This document shows positions 1 to 8,899 of a stretch of 20,000 nt of DNA, piece by piece. Made by a program: the position numbers and the translations under genes. The notes under the pieces were generated by a model. That model was not told the DNA's origin. It did no database searches and worked only from the letters and a program-made list of their open reading frames with translations. Location of the stretch: the sequence record SRR2962707_5461; one strand, given 5' to 3'. Positions within the stretch are counted from its first letter, which is position 1, and each line of letters starts with the position of its first letter.

Positions 1-2037
1 GATAATCGCTTCAACGATTTTTCGATCGGCTTGGTCTCGTTCCAAATCCATCACAAAACTGCGGTCAATTTTAAGTAAGCTGACCGGCAAGTTTTTCAGC
101 TGCCCTAATGACGAGTAGCCGGTGCCAAAGTCATCGATGGCAACACAAATCCCCATATCTTTTAAGGACTGCAGCAAGACCTTGGCCAAGCTGACATCCT
201 CTAATAACGAGGTTTCGGTTACTTCCACTCCCAGCCATTCCGCTGGAACCTGATACTTGTAAAGTAGTGCTTTGACCACGGTGGCAAGATGAGGGTCAGA
301 GAGTTGTTGTGATGACAAATTCACATGCAGCAAGATATAAGGCAGTCCTTGCTCGCGGCGTCTCGCCAAGTAAGAAATACCATTTTCTAATACCCAGTGA
401 CCGATTCGAATAATCTGTCCTGTATTTTCAGCCAATTGAATAAATTGATCTGGAAAAATAAGGCCTTTGGTTGGGTGGTTCCAACGGATAAGGGCTTCAG
501 CACCAAAAACGTGTTTCGTTTTTAGGTCAAACTGAGGCTGATAATAAAGTTCAAATTCGTCATTTTGCAGCGCTTTTGTTAAATCCTCCTCTGCTTCGAC
601 AAGGTCTAATGTGGTGGTTTTCATATCATGAGAATAGAAAACAGATTGGTTCTTACCACGTTGTTTAGCCTGATATAGAGCCATATCGGCATTTTGCATG
701 ATGGATACTAAGGTGTCTCCGTGCTCGGGAATCATCGCGATGCCCAAAGAAGTGCTTAGAATAAATTCTTTAGAGTCCAGATTAATGGGTGAGTGAATAT
801 AAGCGAGGACACGTTCGGCATGTTCTTTTGCTTCTTGCTTATTTTCAATGTTACTAAGGTAAATACCAAATTCATCGCCACCTAAGCGGACAACTTTATC
901 AGACTCAGAACGTAACGAATCAAGTCGCTGTGCGACAATTTCTAGTACTTTGTCACCCACATCATGACCAATAGTGTCATTGATGCGCTTAAAATTATCG
1001 AGGTCAAAATAAATAAAGGCAGAAATTTGATGACGCTTTTTATTAGAGCGTAACAGAGCCGGTAGTTGGTCATTAAGGTATCGGCGGTTTGGTAGCTTAG
1101 TTAATGGGTCATTATAAGCAAGACGTTGTAATTCTTGAGTTTTTTCTTTTACTAATGTGTGTAAGCGTAGAGGTTGAATCGCTATGGCGTAGAAACCAAT
1201 AGAGATAGCCAGTGCTGCAATCAAAGACAATATACTGCCAGAAATGAGGTTGCTGGTTAAACGATTGCTAATGTCACGGCTAATGCTAATTTCCCAAGTG
1301 CCAATAGGAAGGTGGATATTCGTTGTGGATACTATGTTGCTGAGCGGTTTCGATGACTGTGCAAAGGTTAATTTTTGCCCCGTGTCTAGATGCACACGAG
1401 TTAAGGTATATTGGTAACCATCACGCTCCAGCTCTTTTAAGCGAGTGGGCTCTAATAGCTCATCTAGGCTAATAATTGCGGACGCGAATCCCCAAAATAC
1501 TTCTCTTTGAGTGCCTCGGTACAAGTAAACAGGGGAGCGACCTATTACGGCAGTACCACCTTGGACTAGAGGGACTGGACCTATGGCGATCATTTTGTGT
1601 TTTTCGATTGCTTGGAGCGCCGCCTCTCGATATTTGGGGTCAGCAAAAATATCCAAACCGATGGCCGATTCATTGCCTTTTAACGGTGAAATTTTCTCAA
1701 TAATGCCATTTGGAGCGAGTTGTAAACTGGAAATTCCTTCAATAAAACTCATTAGGTTTTTTGAATACCCATCGAAGTCGTCAAAATCATTAAAGCTATC
1801 ACCATGGTGCTCTATCTCGGTGGCTAACAACTGTGTGGACGTGAAGGCAATAGAAAGGCGTCTTTCTATTGTCGATGCTTGAGTTTTAGATAGACCATTT
1901 AATAATAATTTTTGTTCTTTTATGATTGCTTGATTTGAAGAGTAGGTCCAGTAGAGACCAAAGAAGATAATCGCGAAGAAAATAGCGCAAGCGATGAAAA
2001 TAGCAGAAGGTTGTTTTAGTTCAGTTTTTATCAACAA
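1..2037 (-). CDS. Membrane-anchored CHASE-GGDEF-EAL diguanylate cyclase/phosphodiesterase (3' end outside window)
   Basis: Manually translated open frame from TTG at 2037 (alternative TTG 2034; AAGGA at 2043-2047) to the window edge. Contains an N-terminal TM helix, CHASE-like motifs (SLQLAPNGII, GNESAIGLDI, GPVPLVQGG, FWGFASAII), a second TM helix, DPLTKLPNRR, FDLDNFKRINDTIGHDVGD, RLGGDEF, GAEALIRW, DDFGTGYSS and LKIDRSFV. Confidence 0.93.
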   Translation of the reverse strand, partial: MLIKTELKQPSAIFIACAIFFAIIFFGLYWTYSSNQAIIKEQKLLLNGLSKTQASTIERRLSIAFTSTQLLATEIEHHGDSFNDFDDFDGYSKNLMSFIEGISSLQLAPNGIIEKISPLKGNESAIGLDIFADPKYREAALQAIEKHKMIAIGPVPLVQGGTAVIGRSPVYLYRGTQREVFWGFASAIISLDELLEPTRLKELERDGYQYTLTRVHLDTGQKLTFAQSSKPLSNIVSTTNIHLPIGTWEISISRDISNRLTSNLISGSILSLIAALAISIGFYAIAIQPLRLHTLVKEKTQELQRLAYNDPLTKLPNRRYLNDQLPALLRSNKKRHQISAFIYFDLDNFKRINDTIGHDVGDKVLEIVAQRLDSLRSESDKVVRLGGDEFGIYLSNIENKQEAKEHAERVLAYIHSPINLDSKEFILSTSLGIAMIPEHGDTLVSIMQNADMALYQAKQRGKNQSVFYSHDMKTTTLDLVEAEEDLTKALQNDEFELYYQPQFDLKTKHVFGAEALIRWNHPTKGLIFPDQFIQLAENTGQIIRIGHWVLENGISYLARRREQGLPYILLHVNLSSQQLSDPHLATVVKALLYKYQVPAEWLGVEVTETSLLEDVSLAKVLLQSLKDMGICVAIDDFGTGYSSLGQLKNLPVSLLKIDRSFVMDLERDQADRKIVEAII

Positions 2038-2256
2038 TGTAGTCCTTTTCTATGTCTCGATCGATGCGATATTGGCTTCTACTAGCCCATTAAAAATATC
2101 AATGATGATCCACTCTATCATTTAGCTATGACAAACCAGAAAGGTGACTCTGTCACAACGAGGAATGTACAGGGAATAAGGAAGAAAATAAACACGGAAC
2201 AAAAAGACGCAACGAATTAATAAGAAAGTAAACAAAGGGACAACAAAGGTAACAAT

Positions 2257-2321
2257 CAGCCACTGGTACCGCTTTTAAAAGAACCCAGAGTCATGTATGG
2301 GGTTCTTAGCACCAGTGGCTG
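2257..2321 (-). terminator. Long stem-loop / intrinsic terminator after ureJ
   Basis: Nested inverted repeats CAGCCACTGGT (2257-2267)/ACCAGTGGCTG (2311-2321) and AAGAACCC (2279-2286)/GGGTTCTT (2300-2307). On the minus strand the inner stem ends GGGTTCTTTT. Starts 7 nt after the ureJ stop. Confidence 0.7.
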
Positions 2322-2328
2322 TAAGTGT

Positions 2329-2913
2329 TTAGGCGATGGCCATGACAACGCCAGCTGCGGCAATGATGCCACCAGAGAGGCGAGTGACAATAGGCGCTTC
2401 GATGCGAGCAATGGCTTTACCCATGCCCATGCCAACAAGGTGCAACAAAGCGGTTGCAGCAGCAAAGCCGAGAGCGTATTCCGCAACGTGTGCGTTTAAT
2501 GGCATTTCCATACCGTGCGCAGCGCCATGGAAAAAGGCAAAAACACCCGCAATGGCAGCGCAAGTACCGACAGAGAAACGTACAGAAGCAACAAGCAGTG
2601 CGCCCATAAGAATCACAGAAAGCGCAATGCCTTGTTCAACGAAAGGAACTTGCATTCCTGCCATACCAAACGCGCCACCCAGAATCATGGTGCCAACAAA
2701 TGCCGCAGGCACGGCCCATAAAGCTTTGCCTCCCATACTTGCCGCCCAAAGGCCGATCGCAATCATGGCTAGTAGGTGGTCAAGACCGCCCATAGGGTGC
2801 ATAAACCCCGTCATAAAGCTGGTGCTGTGCTCGTGACCTGGATGAGCAAGTGCCAAGGTTGGAGCGGCAGCAATTAGAGTGGCTAATCCCATTTTTAGCG
2901 TAGTAAGACGCAT
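2329..2913 (-). CDS. ureJ: HupE/UreJ family nickel permease (urease accessory protein)
   Basis: Signal peptide followed by AHPGH, GFMHPMGGLDHLLAM and FHGAAHG motifs; hydrophobic; last gene of the ure cluster. Confidence 0.92.
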   Translation of the reverse strand: MRLTTLKMGLATLIAAAPTLALAHPGHEHSTSFMTGFMHPMGGLDHLLAMIAIGLWAASMGGKALWAVPAAFVGTMILGGAFGMAGMQVPFVEQGIALSVILMGALLVASVRFSVGTCAAIAGVFAFFHGAAHGMEMPLNAHVAEYALGFAAATALLHLVGMGMGKAIARIEAPIVTRLSGGIIAAAGVVMAIA

Positions 2914-2940
2914 AGATAATCTCCGAAATAAATAAATGAA

Positions 2941-3588
2941 TTAAACCACCGCTCTTGCGGCTGGAATCGTTTTGAATTCTAACATACCTTCGGTAATGAT
3001 AAATTGAATGATTTCGTCTAAGCCTTGGGCTTTTTTCAGGTTGGAAAAAACAAACGGTCGATCGCCACGCATCATTTTGGCATCACGATCCATTACCTCC
3101 AAAGAGGCTCCGACTAAGGGCGCCAAATCGGTTTTATTAATAATCAAAAGATCGGATTTGGTGATGCCAGGGCCGCCTTTACGAGGGATTTTGTCGCCGG
3201 CGGAAACATCAATCACATAAATGGTAAAGTCCGACAGTTCTGGGCTGAATGTTGCGCTTAAGTTATCGCCACCACTTTCCACAAACACCACGTCTAATTC
3301 ACCGTGACGCTCTATTAATTGATCGATCGCGGCCAAGTTCATTGAAGCATCTTCACGAATCGCCGTGTGTGGGCAGCCGCCTGTTTCTACCCCCACAATA
3401 CGATCAGCATCGAGAGCTTCGTGCTCAGTGAGGAATTTAGCGTCTTCTTGAGTATAAATATCGTTCGTCACAACGGCGATATTATAATGATCGCGAAGAG
3501 CAGAACACAAAGATCGCAGTAATGCGGTTTTACCAGAGCCGACAGGGCCACCGACGCCGATACGTAATGTTTGTTTTGGTTTGCTCAT
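2941..3588 (-). CDS. ureG: Urease accessory GTPase UreG
   Basis: [10 protein letters not shown]-loop, ETGGCPH metal motif, ESGGDNL, NKTD; RBS GAGGA. Confidence 0.98.
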   Translation of the reverse strand: MSKPKQTLRIGVGGPVGSGKTALLRSLCSALRDHYNIAVVTNDIYTQEDAKFLTEHEALDADRIVGVETGGCPHTAIREDASMNLAAIDQLIERHGELDVVFVESGGDNLSATFSPELSDFTIYVIDVSAGDKIPRKGGPGITKSDLLIINKTDLAPLVGASLEVMDRDAKMMRGDRPFVFSNLKKAQGLDEIIQFIITEGMLEFKTIPAARAVV

Positions 3589-3624
3589 AGTATTTCCTCT
3601 TTAAACCAAGGTTATCCCAAAAAA

Positions 3625-4299
3625 TTAAGAACGGAATAATCGTGAATATTGTGTTTCGTGTTGCGCGCTAGCAATGGCAATTGCCGGAAGACCTGCGCCA
3701 ACACTGTCTTCATTAATAATCAGTGAGCTACGAATGGCGTCACTGATCACAGGTTGTAATTCGCCGAGTAATTCTTGTGCTTGGGTTTGCCCTAATGGCA
3801 CCAATTTTGTCGCTGCGGCGATTTGGTTTTCTAGCCAAGACCAGGTAAACCCAAGGGCCGCCAGTTCAAGGTTGATCGACCAATGAGTGGCCGTCACGGC
3901 AAATAAGGTCACAAAGCTGATGTCTTCTAAGCGCTGAAAAGGCGTGGCGATTTCTAAGCTACGCATTAACCGCGCCAAGGCTTCTCCCATCGCCGTATCG
4001 TTTAATCGCAGCTCTTTGGTTTCTCGGCACGCCAGCGCCAGATCATTGAGTTCTAATAGACGCGCGTTATCTTGCTGACTGGCCGCGAGCATACACAAAC
4101 GCAAAATCGGTAAATCAACACGAGCCACAGATTGTTGCAGCTGCAAGCTGATCCAATCGCACACTTGCGTTTTGTTTGTTACCCAACCTTGGTCGATAGA
4201 GTATTCCATGCCCTGTGAGAACGCATAACCACCAACCGGTAAACTCACGCTGCTCAACTGCAAGAGACGCAATAGGCTGCTATCCGTGGTGGTGACCAT
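3625..4299 (-). CDS. ureF: Urease accessory protein UreF
   Basis: LPVGGYAFSQGME, KLVPLGQT and C-terminal HETQYSRLFRS. Start moved to ATG 4299 (GGAG 9 nt upstream); overlaps ureE by 20 nt. Confidence 0.96.
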   Translation of the reverse strand: MVTTTDSSLLRLLQLSSVSLPVGGYAFSQGMEYSIDQGWVTNKTQVCDWISLQLQQSVARVDLPILRLCMLAASQQDNARLLELNDLALACRETKELRLNDTAMGEALARLMRSLEIATPFQRLEDISFVTLFAVTATHWSINLELAALGFTWSWLENQIAAATKLVPLGQTQAQELLGELQPVISDAIRSSLIINEDSVGAGLPAIAIASAQHETQYSRLFRS

Positions 4300-4723
4300 G
4301 GCTGTAGGCTCCAGATTCAGGGACAAACACCGCGCTTTCATGGCTCACAACCAAACCAAGTAGGTGAAGCATTTCTTCTAAGACATGATCCGGCTTGATA
4401 CGTAACCAGCGATCACCCACTTGAATCTTGGTGTGGCGGTTGCCTAGGTGATAACAGGCTTTGGAAAAAGCTTGCCAATCGTCGCAACTGGCATGAGCCA
4501 CATCTTCAACGGCGCCTTGAACTTGCACTATTTTGTTGCACTCACTTCGCAAAAACTCCCCAACTTGGAGCGGCTTGCCGCGATCGAGAAAAACGCGAAC
4601 CTCTTCGCCATTTTCTCCGATCAATTTAAGACGGCCGCGATCGCGTTGCTCGTGACTAAGAGTCACCTTGGTGTAAACCGCTTCGTGGCAATGGGTGCCT
4701 AATCTTTGATATATGTCTAGCAT
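4280..4723 (-). CDS. ureE: Urease nickel chaperone UreE
   Basis: YHLGNRH, DHVLEEML, PESGAY and a short His tail HGHHHG. Start moved to ATG 4723 (AGGA upstream). Confidence 0.96.
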   Translation of the reverse strand: MLDIYQRLGTHCHEAVYTKVTLSHEQRDRGRLKLIGENGEEVRVFLDRGKPLQVGEFLRSECNKIVQVQGAVEDVAHASCDDWQAFSKACYHLGNRHTKIQVGDRWLRIKPDHVLEEMLHLLGLVVSHESAVFVPESGAYSHGHHHG

Positions 4724-4739
4724 GGTATGTTTCCTAACC

Positions 4740-4767
4740 GCCAAGCGTTATTTCGCTTGGCTTTTTT
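4740..4767 (+). terminator. Hairpin between ureC and ureE with U-tract on the antisense (+) strand
   Basis: GCCAAGCG-TTATTT-CGCTTGGC-TTTTTT. Confidence 0.55.
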
Positions 4768-4788
4768 GATGTTTAAAACAGGGCTCGT

Positions 4789-6540
4789 TTAAAATAAGGT
4801 ATAAAGCTGAGCCAGTGGCAAGGTTTCTGCGGGCTCACAGGTGAGCAATTCGCCATCGGCTCGTACTTCATAAGTCTGCGGATCCACCGTAATGTCAGGT
4901 AACCAGCTGTTATGGATCATGTCGTGCTTGGAGATATTGCGAGTATTACGGCAAGCGACCAGAGTGCGATCCAAGCCAAACTTTTCCGCCAGGCCATTTT
5001 CTAACGCCGCTTTTGACACAAAGGTTACCGAGGTCGCGGCGGCGGCTTTACCAAAGGCGCCGAACATAGGGCGGTAATGAACGGGCTGAGGCGTAGGAAT
5101 CGAAGCGTTTGGGTCCCCCATAGGCGCGCTAGCAATCATCCCGCCCTTGATAATGATGGAGGGTTTCACCCCAAAAAAGGCCGGTTTCCAAAGCACTAGA
5201 TCGGCGAGCTTACCGGCTTCAATGGAGCCCACTTCGTGGCTAATACCGTGAGCAATGGCTGGGTTTATGGTGTATTTGGCGATGTAGCGTTTGGCGCGAA
5301 AGTTGTCTGCGCCTAATGCTTGATCTTCTGCCAGTAAACCAAACTGTTGCTTCATTTTATGGGCTGTTTGCCAGGTTCGTGTGATGACTTCACCGACCCG
5401 TCCCATGGCTTGTGAGTCAGATGAAATCATACTGAATGCGCCGCGATCGTGAAAAATATCCTCCGCGGCAATGGTTTCTTTGCGGATACGAGAATCCGCA
5501 AAGGCCACGTCTTCTGGGATGTTACTGTCCAAATGGTGACATACCATCAACATGTCTAAATGCTCATCGACTGTGTTGTGGGTATAAGGACGAGTCGGAT
5601 TGGTAGAAGAGGGCAGCACATTCACATTACCGGCCGCACGTATGATGTCTGGAGCGTGCCCGCCACCAGCGCCTTCGGTATGGTAAGTGTGAATAACTCT
5701 CTCTTTAAACGCGGCTAACGTGCTGTCGACAAAGCCGGATTCATTCAGCGTGTCCGTGTGGATGGCCACTTGCACATCGTACTTTTCAGCGACGCTCAAA
5801 CAGCAATCAATCGACGCAGGCGTCGTGCCCCAATCTTCGTGCAATTTTAGGCCACAAGCTCCGGCTTCTAGCTGCTCTTCTAGCGCTTCGGGCTGGCTGG
5901 CGTTGCCTTTACCAAGAAAACCTAGGTTCATTGGCATGTTGTCGGTAGCTTGGAGCATTTTACCCAAATACCAAGGTCCTGGCGTACAGGTGGTGGCTTT
6001 GGTGCCCGTTGCTGGGCCCGTACCGCCGCCAATCATGGTGGTCACGCCAGAGGTCAGCGCTTCTTCAATTTGTTGTGGGCAAATAAAGTGAATGTGAGCG
6101 TCGATGCCGCCGGCGGTTAGAATCGAGCCTTCCCCCGCAATCACTTCTGTGCCAGGGCCTATGACAATGTCAACATTGTCTTGTATGTCTGGATTGCCTG
6201 CTTTGCCGACTTTAAAAATACGACCTTCCTTGACCCCCACGTCGCCTTTGACAATGCCCCAATGATCAAGCACTAAGGCATTGGTAATCACCAAATCGAC
6301 CGCCACCTCATTGGTTACTTGGCTTTGCCCCATACCATCTCGGATTACCTTGCCACCGCCGAACTTTACTTCGTCACCATAGGTGGTGAAGTCTTTTTCG
6401 ACTTGAATCCAGATATCGGTGTCGGCCAAACGAACCCGATCGCCTGTGGTTGGGCCGAACATTTGTGCATAGCCACTTCTGTCTATTTTAACCGCGTCTA
6501 TTTTAACCGCGTCTAAGTTGGCAGTGTCTGTTTTGCTCAT
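4789..6540 (-). CDS. ureC: Urease subunit alpha
   Basis: All Ni-site motifs present: [15 protein letters not shown] (carbamylated Lys), [25 protein letters not shown] flap and [13 protein letters not shown] overlap with the ureB stop. Confidence 0.99.
   Translation of the reverse strand: MSKTDTANLDAVKIDAVKIDRSGYAQMFGPTTGDRVRLADTDIWIQVEKDFTTYGDEVKFGGGKVIRDGMGQSQVTNEVAVDLVITNALVLDHWGIVKGDVGVKEGRIFKVGKAGNPDIQDNVDIVIGPGTEVIAGEGSILTAGGIDAHIHFICPQQIEEALTSGVTTMIGGGTGPATGTKATTCTPGPWYLGKMLQATDNMPMNLGFLGKGNASQPEALEEQLEAGACGLKLHEDWGTTPASIDCCLSVAEKYDVQVAIHTDTLNESGFVDSTLAAFKERVIHTYHTEGAGGGHAPDIIRAAGNVNVLPSSTNPTRPYTHNTVDEHLDMLMVCHHLDSNIPEDVAFADSRIRKETIAAEDIFHDRGAFSMISSDSQAMGRVGEVITRTWQTAHKMKQQFGLLAEDQALGADNFRAKRYIAKYTINPAIAHGISHEVGSIEAGKLADLVLWKPAFFGVKPSIIIKGGMIASAPMGDPNASIPTPQPVHYRPMFGAFGKAAAATSVTFVSKAALENGLAEKFGLDRTLVACRNTRNISKHDMIHNSWLPDITVDPQTYEVRADGELLTCEPAETLPLAQLYTLF
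6481..6515. repeat. 15-bp in-frame tandem repeat (2.3 copies) in the 5' end of ureC
   Basis: GTCTATTTTAACCGC at 6481-6495 and 6496-6510, plus GTCTA at 6511-6515; encodes [11 protein letters not shown]. Confidence 0.95.
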
Positions 6541-6863
6541 GCTGACGGCTCCGTTTTATTCAGTGTTCCCATTACCTCGCCACGAAAGCCATAAATGGTT
6601 TTCGTGCCAGCGTATTCGACCAATTCCACTTCACGACCTTGGCCGGGTTCAAAGCGTACTGCGGTACCAGAAGCAATGTTGAGGCGAAATCCTTTGGTAA
6701 GATCACGCTCAAAAGACAACGCAGGATTGACTTCATAAAAATGGTAATGGGAGCCAATTTGAACCGGTCGATCGCCGGTGTTTTCGACTCGGATGGTTAA
6801 GGTTTTACGGCCTACATTCAGCTCAATATCGCCTGCGGCTACCTGAATTTCACCTGGAATCAT
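6537..6863 (-). CDS. ureB: Urease subunit beta
   Basis: [29 protein letters not shown]. Start moved to ATG 6863 (GGAG upstream). Confidence 0.98.
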   Translation of the reverse strand: MIPGEIQVAAGDIELNVGRKTLTIRVENTGDRPVQIGSHYHFYEVNPALSFERDLTKGFRLNIASGTAVRFEPGQGREVELVEYAGTKTIYGFRGEVMGTLNKTEPSA

Positions 6864-6877
6864 GGTGCGTCTCCACA

Positions 6878-7180
6878 TTAGTTAATTGGGTTATGAACCG
6901 TGACCAGCTTGGTACCATCGGGGAAGGTTGCTTCGACTTGCACTTCGTGAATTAAATCCACCACTCCTTCCATGACTTGGTCAGCACTGAGCAATGTTTT
7001 GCCAAAACTCATTAACTCGGCGACGGTTTTGCCATCGCGAGCGCCTTCAATAATTTCCATGGTGATGTAAGCCATGGCTTCTGGATAATTAAGCTTAAGG
7101 CCGCGATTTAAGCGACGTTCTGCTAATAACGCGGCGGTAAAGACGAGTAATTTGTCTTTTTCTCTAGGTAGTAATTCCAT
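6878..7180 (-). CDS. ureA: Urease subunit gamma
   Basis: 100 aa, [11 protein letters not shown]...GLKLNYPEA...[17 protein letters not shown]. Confidence 0.99.
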   Translation of the reverse strand: MELLPREKDKLLVFTAALLAERRLNRGLKLNYPEAMAYITMEIIEGARDGKTVAELMSFGKTLLSADQVMEGVVDLIHEVQVEATFPDGTKLVTVHNPIN

Positions 7181-7232
7181 TATTCAGCCCTTTTTTCGTT
7201 ATTCTATGGCGCCTTGATTTTGCTTGTTAGAA

Positions 7233-8150
7233 TCAGGTCGCCCAAATTCTTGGTTCACACGCTTCTTTACCAATAAGCGCTGGACGAATGGCTCGCCAGC
7301 ATTGGGTAAACAGGCGTTTCATGTGCTCCGAGTCATCATGGAGGCTGCGCACAATGATGTATTCATCCACCAAGGTCGCGCCGCAAAGCGAAACGTGTTT
7401 TGTGCAATGGTCACGAAGTGTCTCCATCAGCTCATCATGATTGTCCGTTCGGTCAAAAGGACCTGCAATCATCAGGCCATTTATTGGTTTGTTGGCTAAG
7501 CCGGCTTTCGCTTGAAAAATATCGCGACTTTGATCATCGATGATTAAACGCTCGCGCACTTTTAAACGACCATCCTGACGAATCTCAAAACCTTGTTCAG
7601 CGTGTCCATTAGCAAAGCTTTCATTGTTCGCCGGTAACCCAAAGCAGGTCACTTCCCAGCCAATAAATTTGGCGTTGCTGGCTAGGTTGATCTGATTTTC
7701 AAGTCGAGTGTGGGCGTTTGGATAGAGGATAGCTTCTTGTGGAAGCCACTCCATCACACTGTCCTTAGGGACGTTTAATTGGGTGATTTGGTGCTGCAGG
7801 GTTTTGTCTTCACGGGCGCGATACACACGGCCAGCGCCAGGGGTCGTAATAAGCACATGGGTGTTTTCGGCCAAATTGGCGGTGATGGTCAAGCGGTCGC
7901 CAGACACCAAACCACCTGGCGGGTGCAAGAGGTAAACGTGGGCGGTCTCTGGGCCTTCTGGGTAAAAGGGTTTTTGAACGTAAAGTGGTCCCTTGTGGTC
8001 GCAGGTTTTCAGGACGGTGCCGCGCGCGGTTTTTTGAAAGCCTAAGGTTAAATACGCATGCCAGTGAGAAGGCGCATTAGACGCTAAAGACGTCTTCTCA
8101 GATGGTGCTTCTGACGGCGTTACCAAGGCAAGATTATGATTATTATGCAT
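7233..8150 (-). CDS. ureD: Urease accessory protein UreD
   Basis: GPLYVQKPFYPEG, LLHPPGGLVSGD, TTPGA, WLPQE, PRIWAT; lies directly upstream of ureA. Confidence 0.97.
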   Translation of the reverse strand: MHNNHNLALVTPSEAPSEKTSLASNAPSHWHAYLTLGFQKTARGTVLKTCDHKGPLYVQKPFYPEGPETAHVYLLHPPGGLVSGDRLTITANLAENTHVLITTPGAGRVYRAREDKTLQHQITQLNVPKDSVMEWLPQEAILYPNAHTRLENQINLASNAKFIGWEVTCFGLPANNESFANGHAEQGFEIRQDGRLKVRERLIIDDQSRDIFQAKAGLANKPINGLMIAGPFDRTDNHDELMETLRDHCTKHVSLCGATLVDEYIIVRSLHDDSEHMKRLFTQCWRAIRPALIGKEACEPRIWAT

Positions 8151-8191
8151 CTCTTCCTTAACAAAATATCGGCTTGTTCAGCGTACTAGGA

Positions 8192-8899
8192 TTACACCGC
8201 TAGATACTGCTTGATCAAGTTGTCATTGAGTTTATCCATTCGGTCTGCTGCGACTATGCGGCCTTTTTCCATTAAACGGAATTCCTTGCCGACCCTTCTT
8301 GCAAAGCCAAGTTTCTGCTCGATCAAGATCACGGTCAGGCCTTCTTCGGCGTTTAATTTCAAAATGACATCGCCAATTTGTTTCACAATATTGGGCTGAA
8401 TGCCTTCGTTTGGCTCGTCTAGAATCAGCACGCTTGGGTCTAATACTAGGGCGCGACCTATGGCTAATTGTTGTTGTTGTCCGCCAGAGAGGTCTCCACC
8501 ACGGCGATGCAACATGTCTTTTAATACCGGAAACAGTTCAAAGATTTTCTCCGGTATGTCGTTTGTTTTGTTTTTGCTTTTCTTGTTCAGTACTGGCAAA
8601 CCAATGCGTAGGTTTTCTTCCACCGTGAGCATGGGGAAAATATCCCGGCCTTGAGGCACATAACCAATGCCTGAGTAGGCGCGTTTTTCAGCACTTTGCT
8701 TATTAAGTGTTACGCCATTCATGGTGATTTCGCCATTACTGATTGGCAACAAGCCCATAATAGTTTTGAGTAAGGTGGTTTTTCCTACGCCATTGCGTCC
8801 CATAATGCAGGTGATGGAGCCGGGTTCTATGTCTAAATCCAACCCCCAAAGGATTTGTGTGCCACCGTATAATTGATCAAGGTTTTTTATTGAAATCAT
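8192..8899 (-). CDS. urtE: Urea ABC transporter ATP-binding subunit UrtE
   Basis: Walker A GRNGVGKTT, YVPQGRDIFP, LSGGQQQQLAIGRAL, LDEPNEGIQP. Confidence 0.95.
   Translation of the reverse strand: MISIKNLDQLYGGTQILWGLDLDIEPGSITCIMGRNGVGKTTLLKTIMGLLPISNGEITMNGVTLNKQSAEKRAYSGIGYVPQGRDIFPMLTVEENLRIGLPVLNKKSKNKTNDIPEKIFELFPVLKDMLHRRGGDLSGGQQQQLAIGRALVLDPSVLILDEPNEGIQPNIVKQIGDVILKLNAEEGLTVILIEQKLGFARRVGKEFRLMEKGRIVAADRMDKLNDNLIKQYLAV

Noticed and set aside
1476..1882. Two + strand ORFs (75 and 99 aa) in the ORF track
   Set aside because: Antisense shadows of the CHASE-GGDEF-EAL gene; no recognisable motifs.
2143..2157. CRP-like site GGTGA-CTCTG-TCACA
   Set aside because: Spacer is 5 nt; CRP needs TGTGA-N6-TCACA.
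5989..6012. UreC GTKATTCT instead of GTNATTCT
   Set aside because: This position varies among active ureases; all metal ligands are intact.
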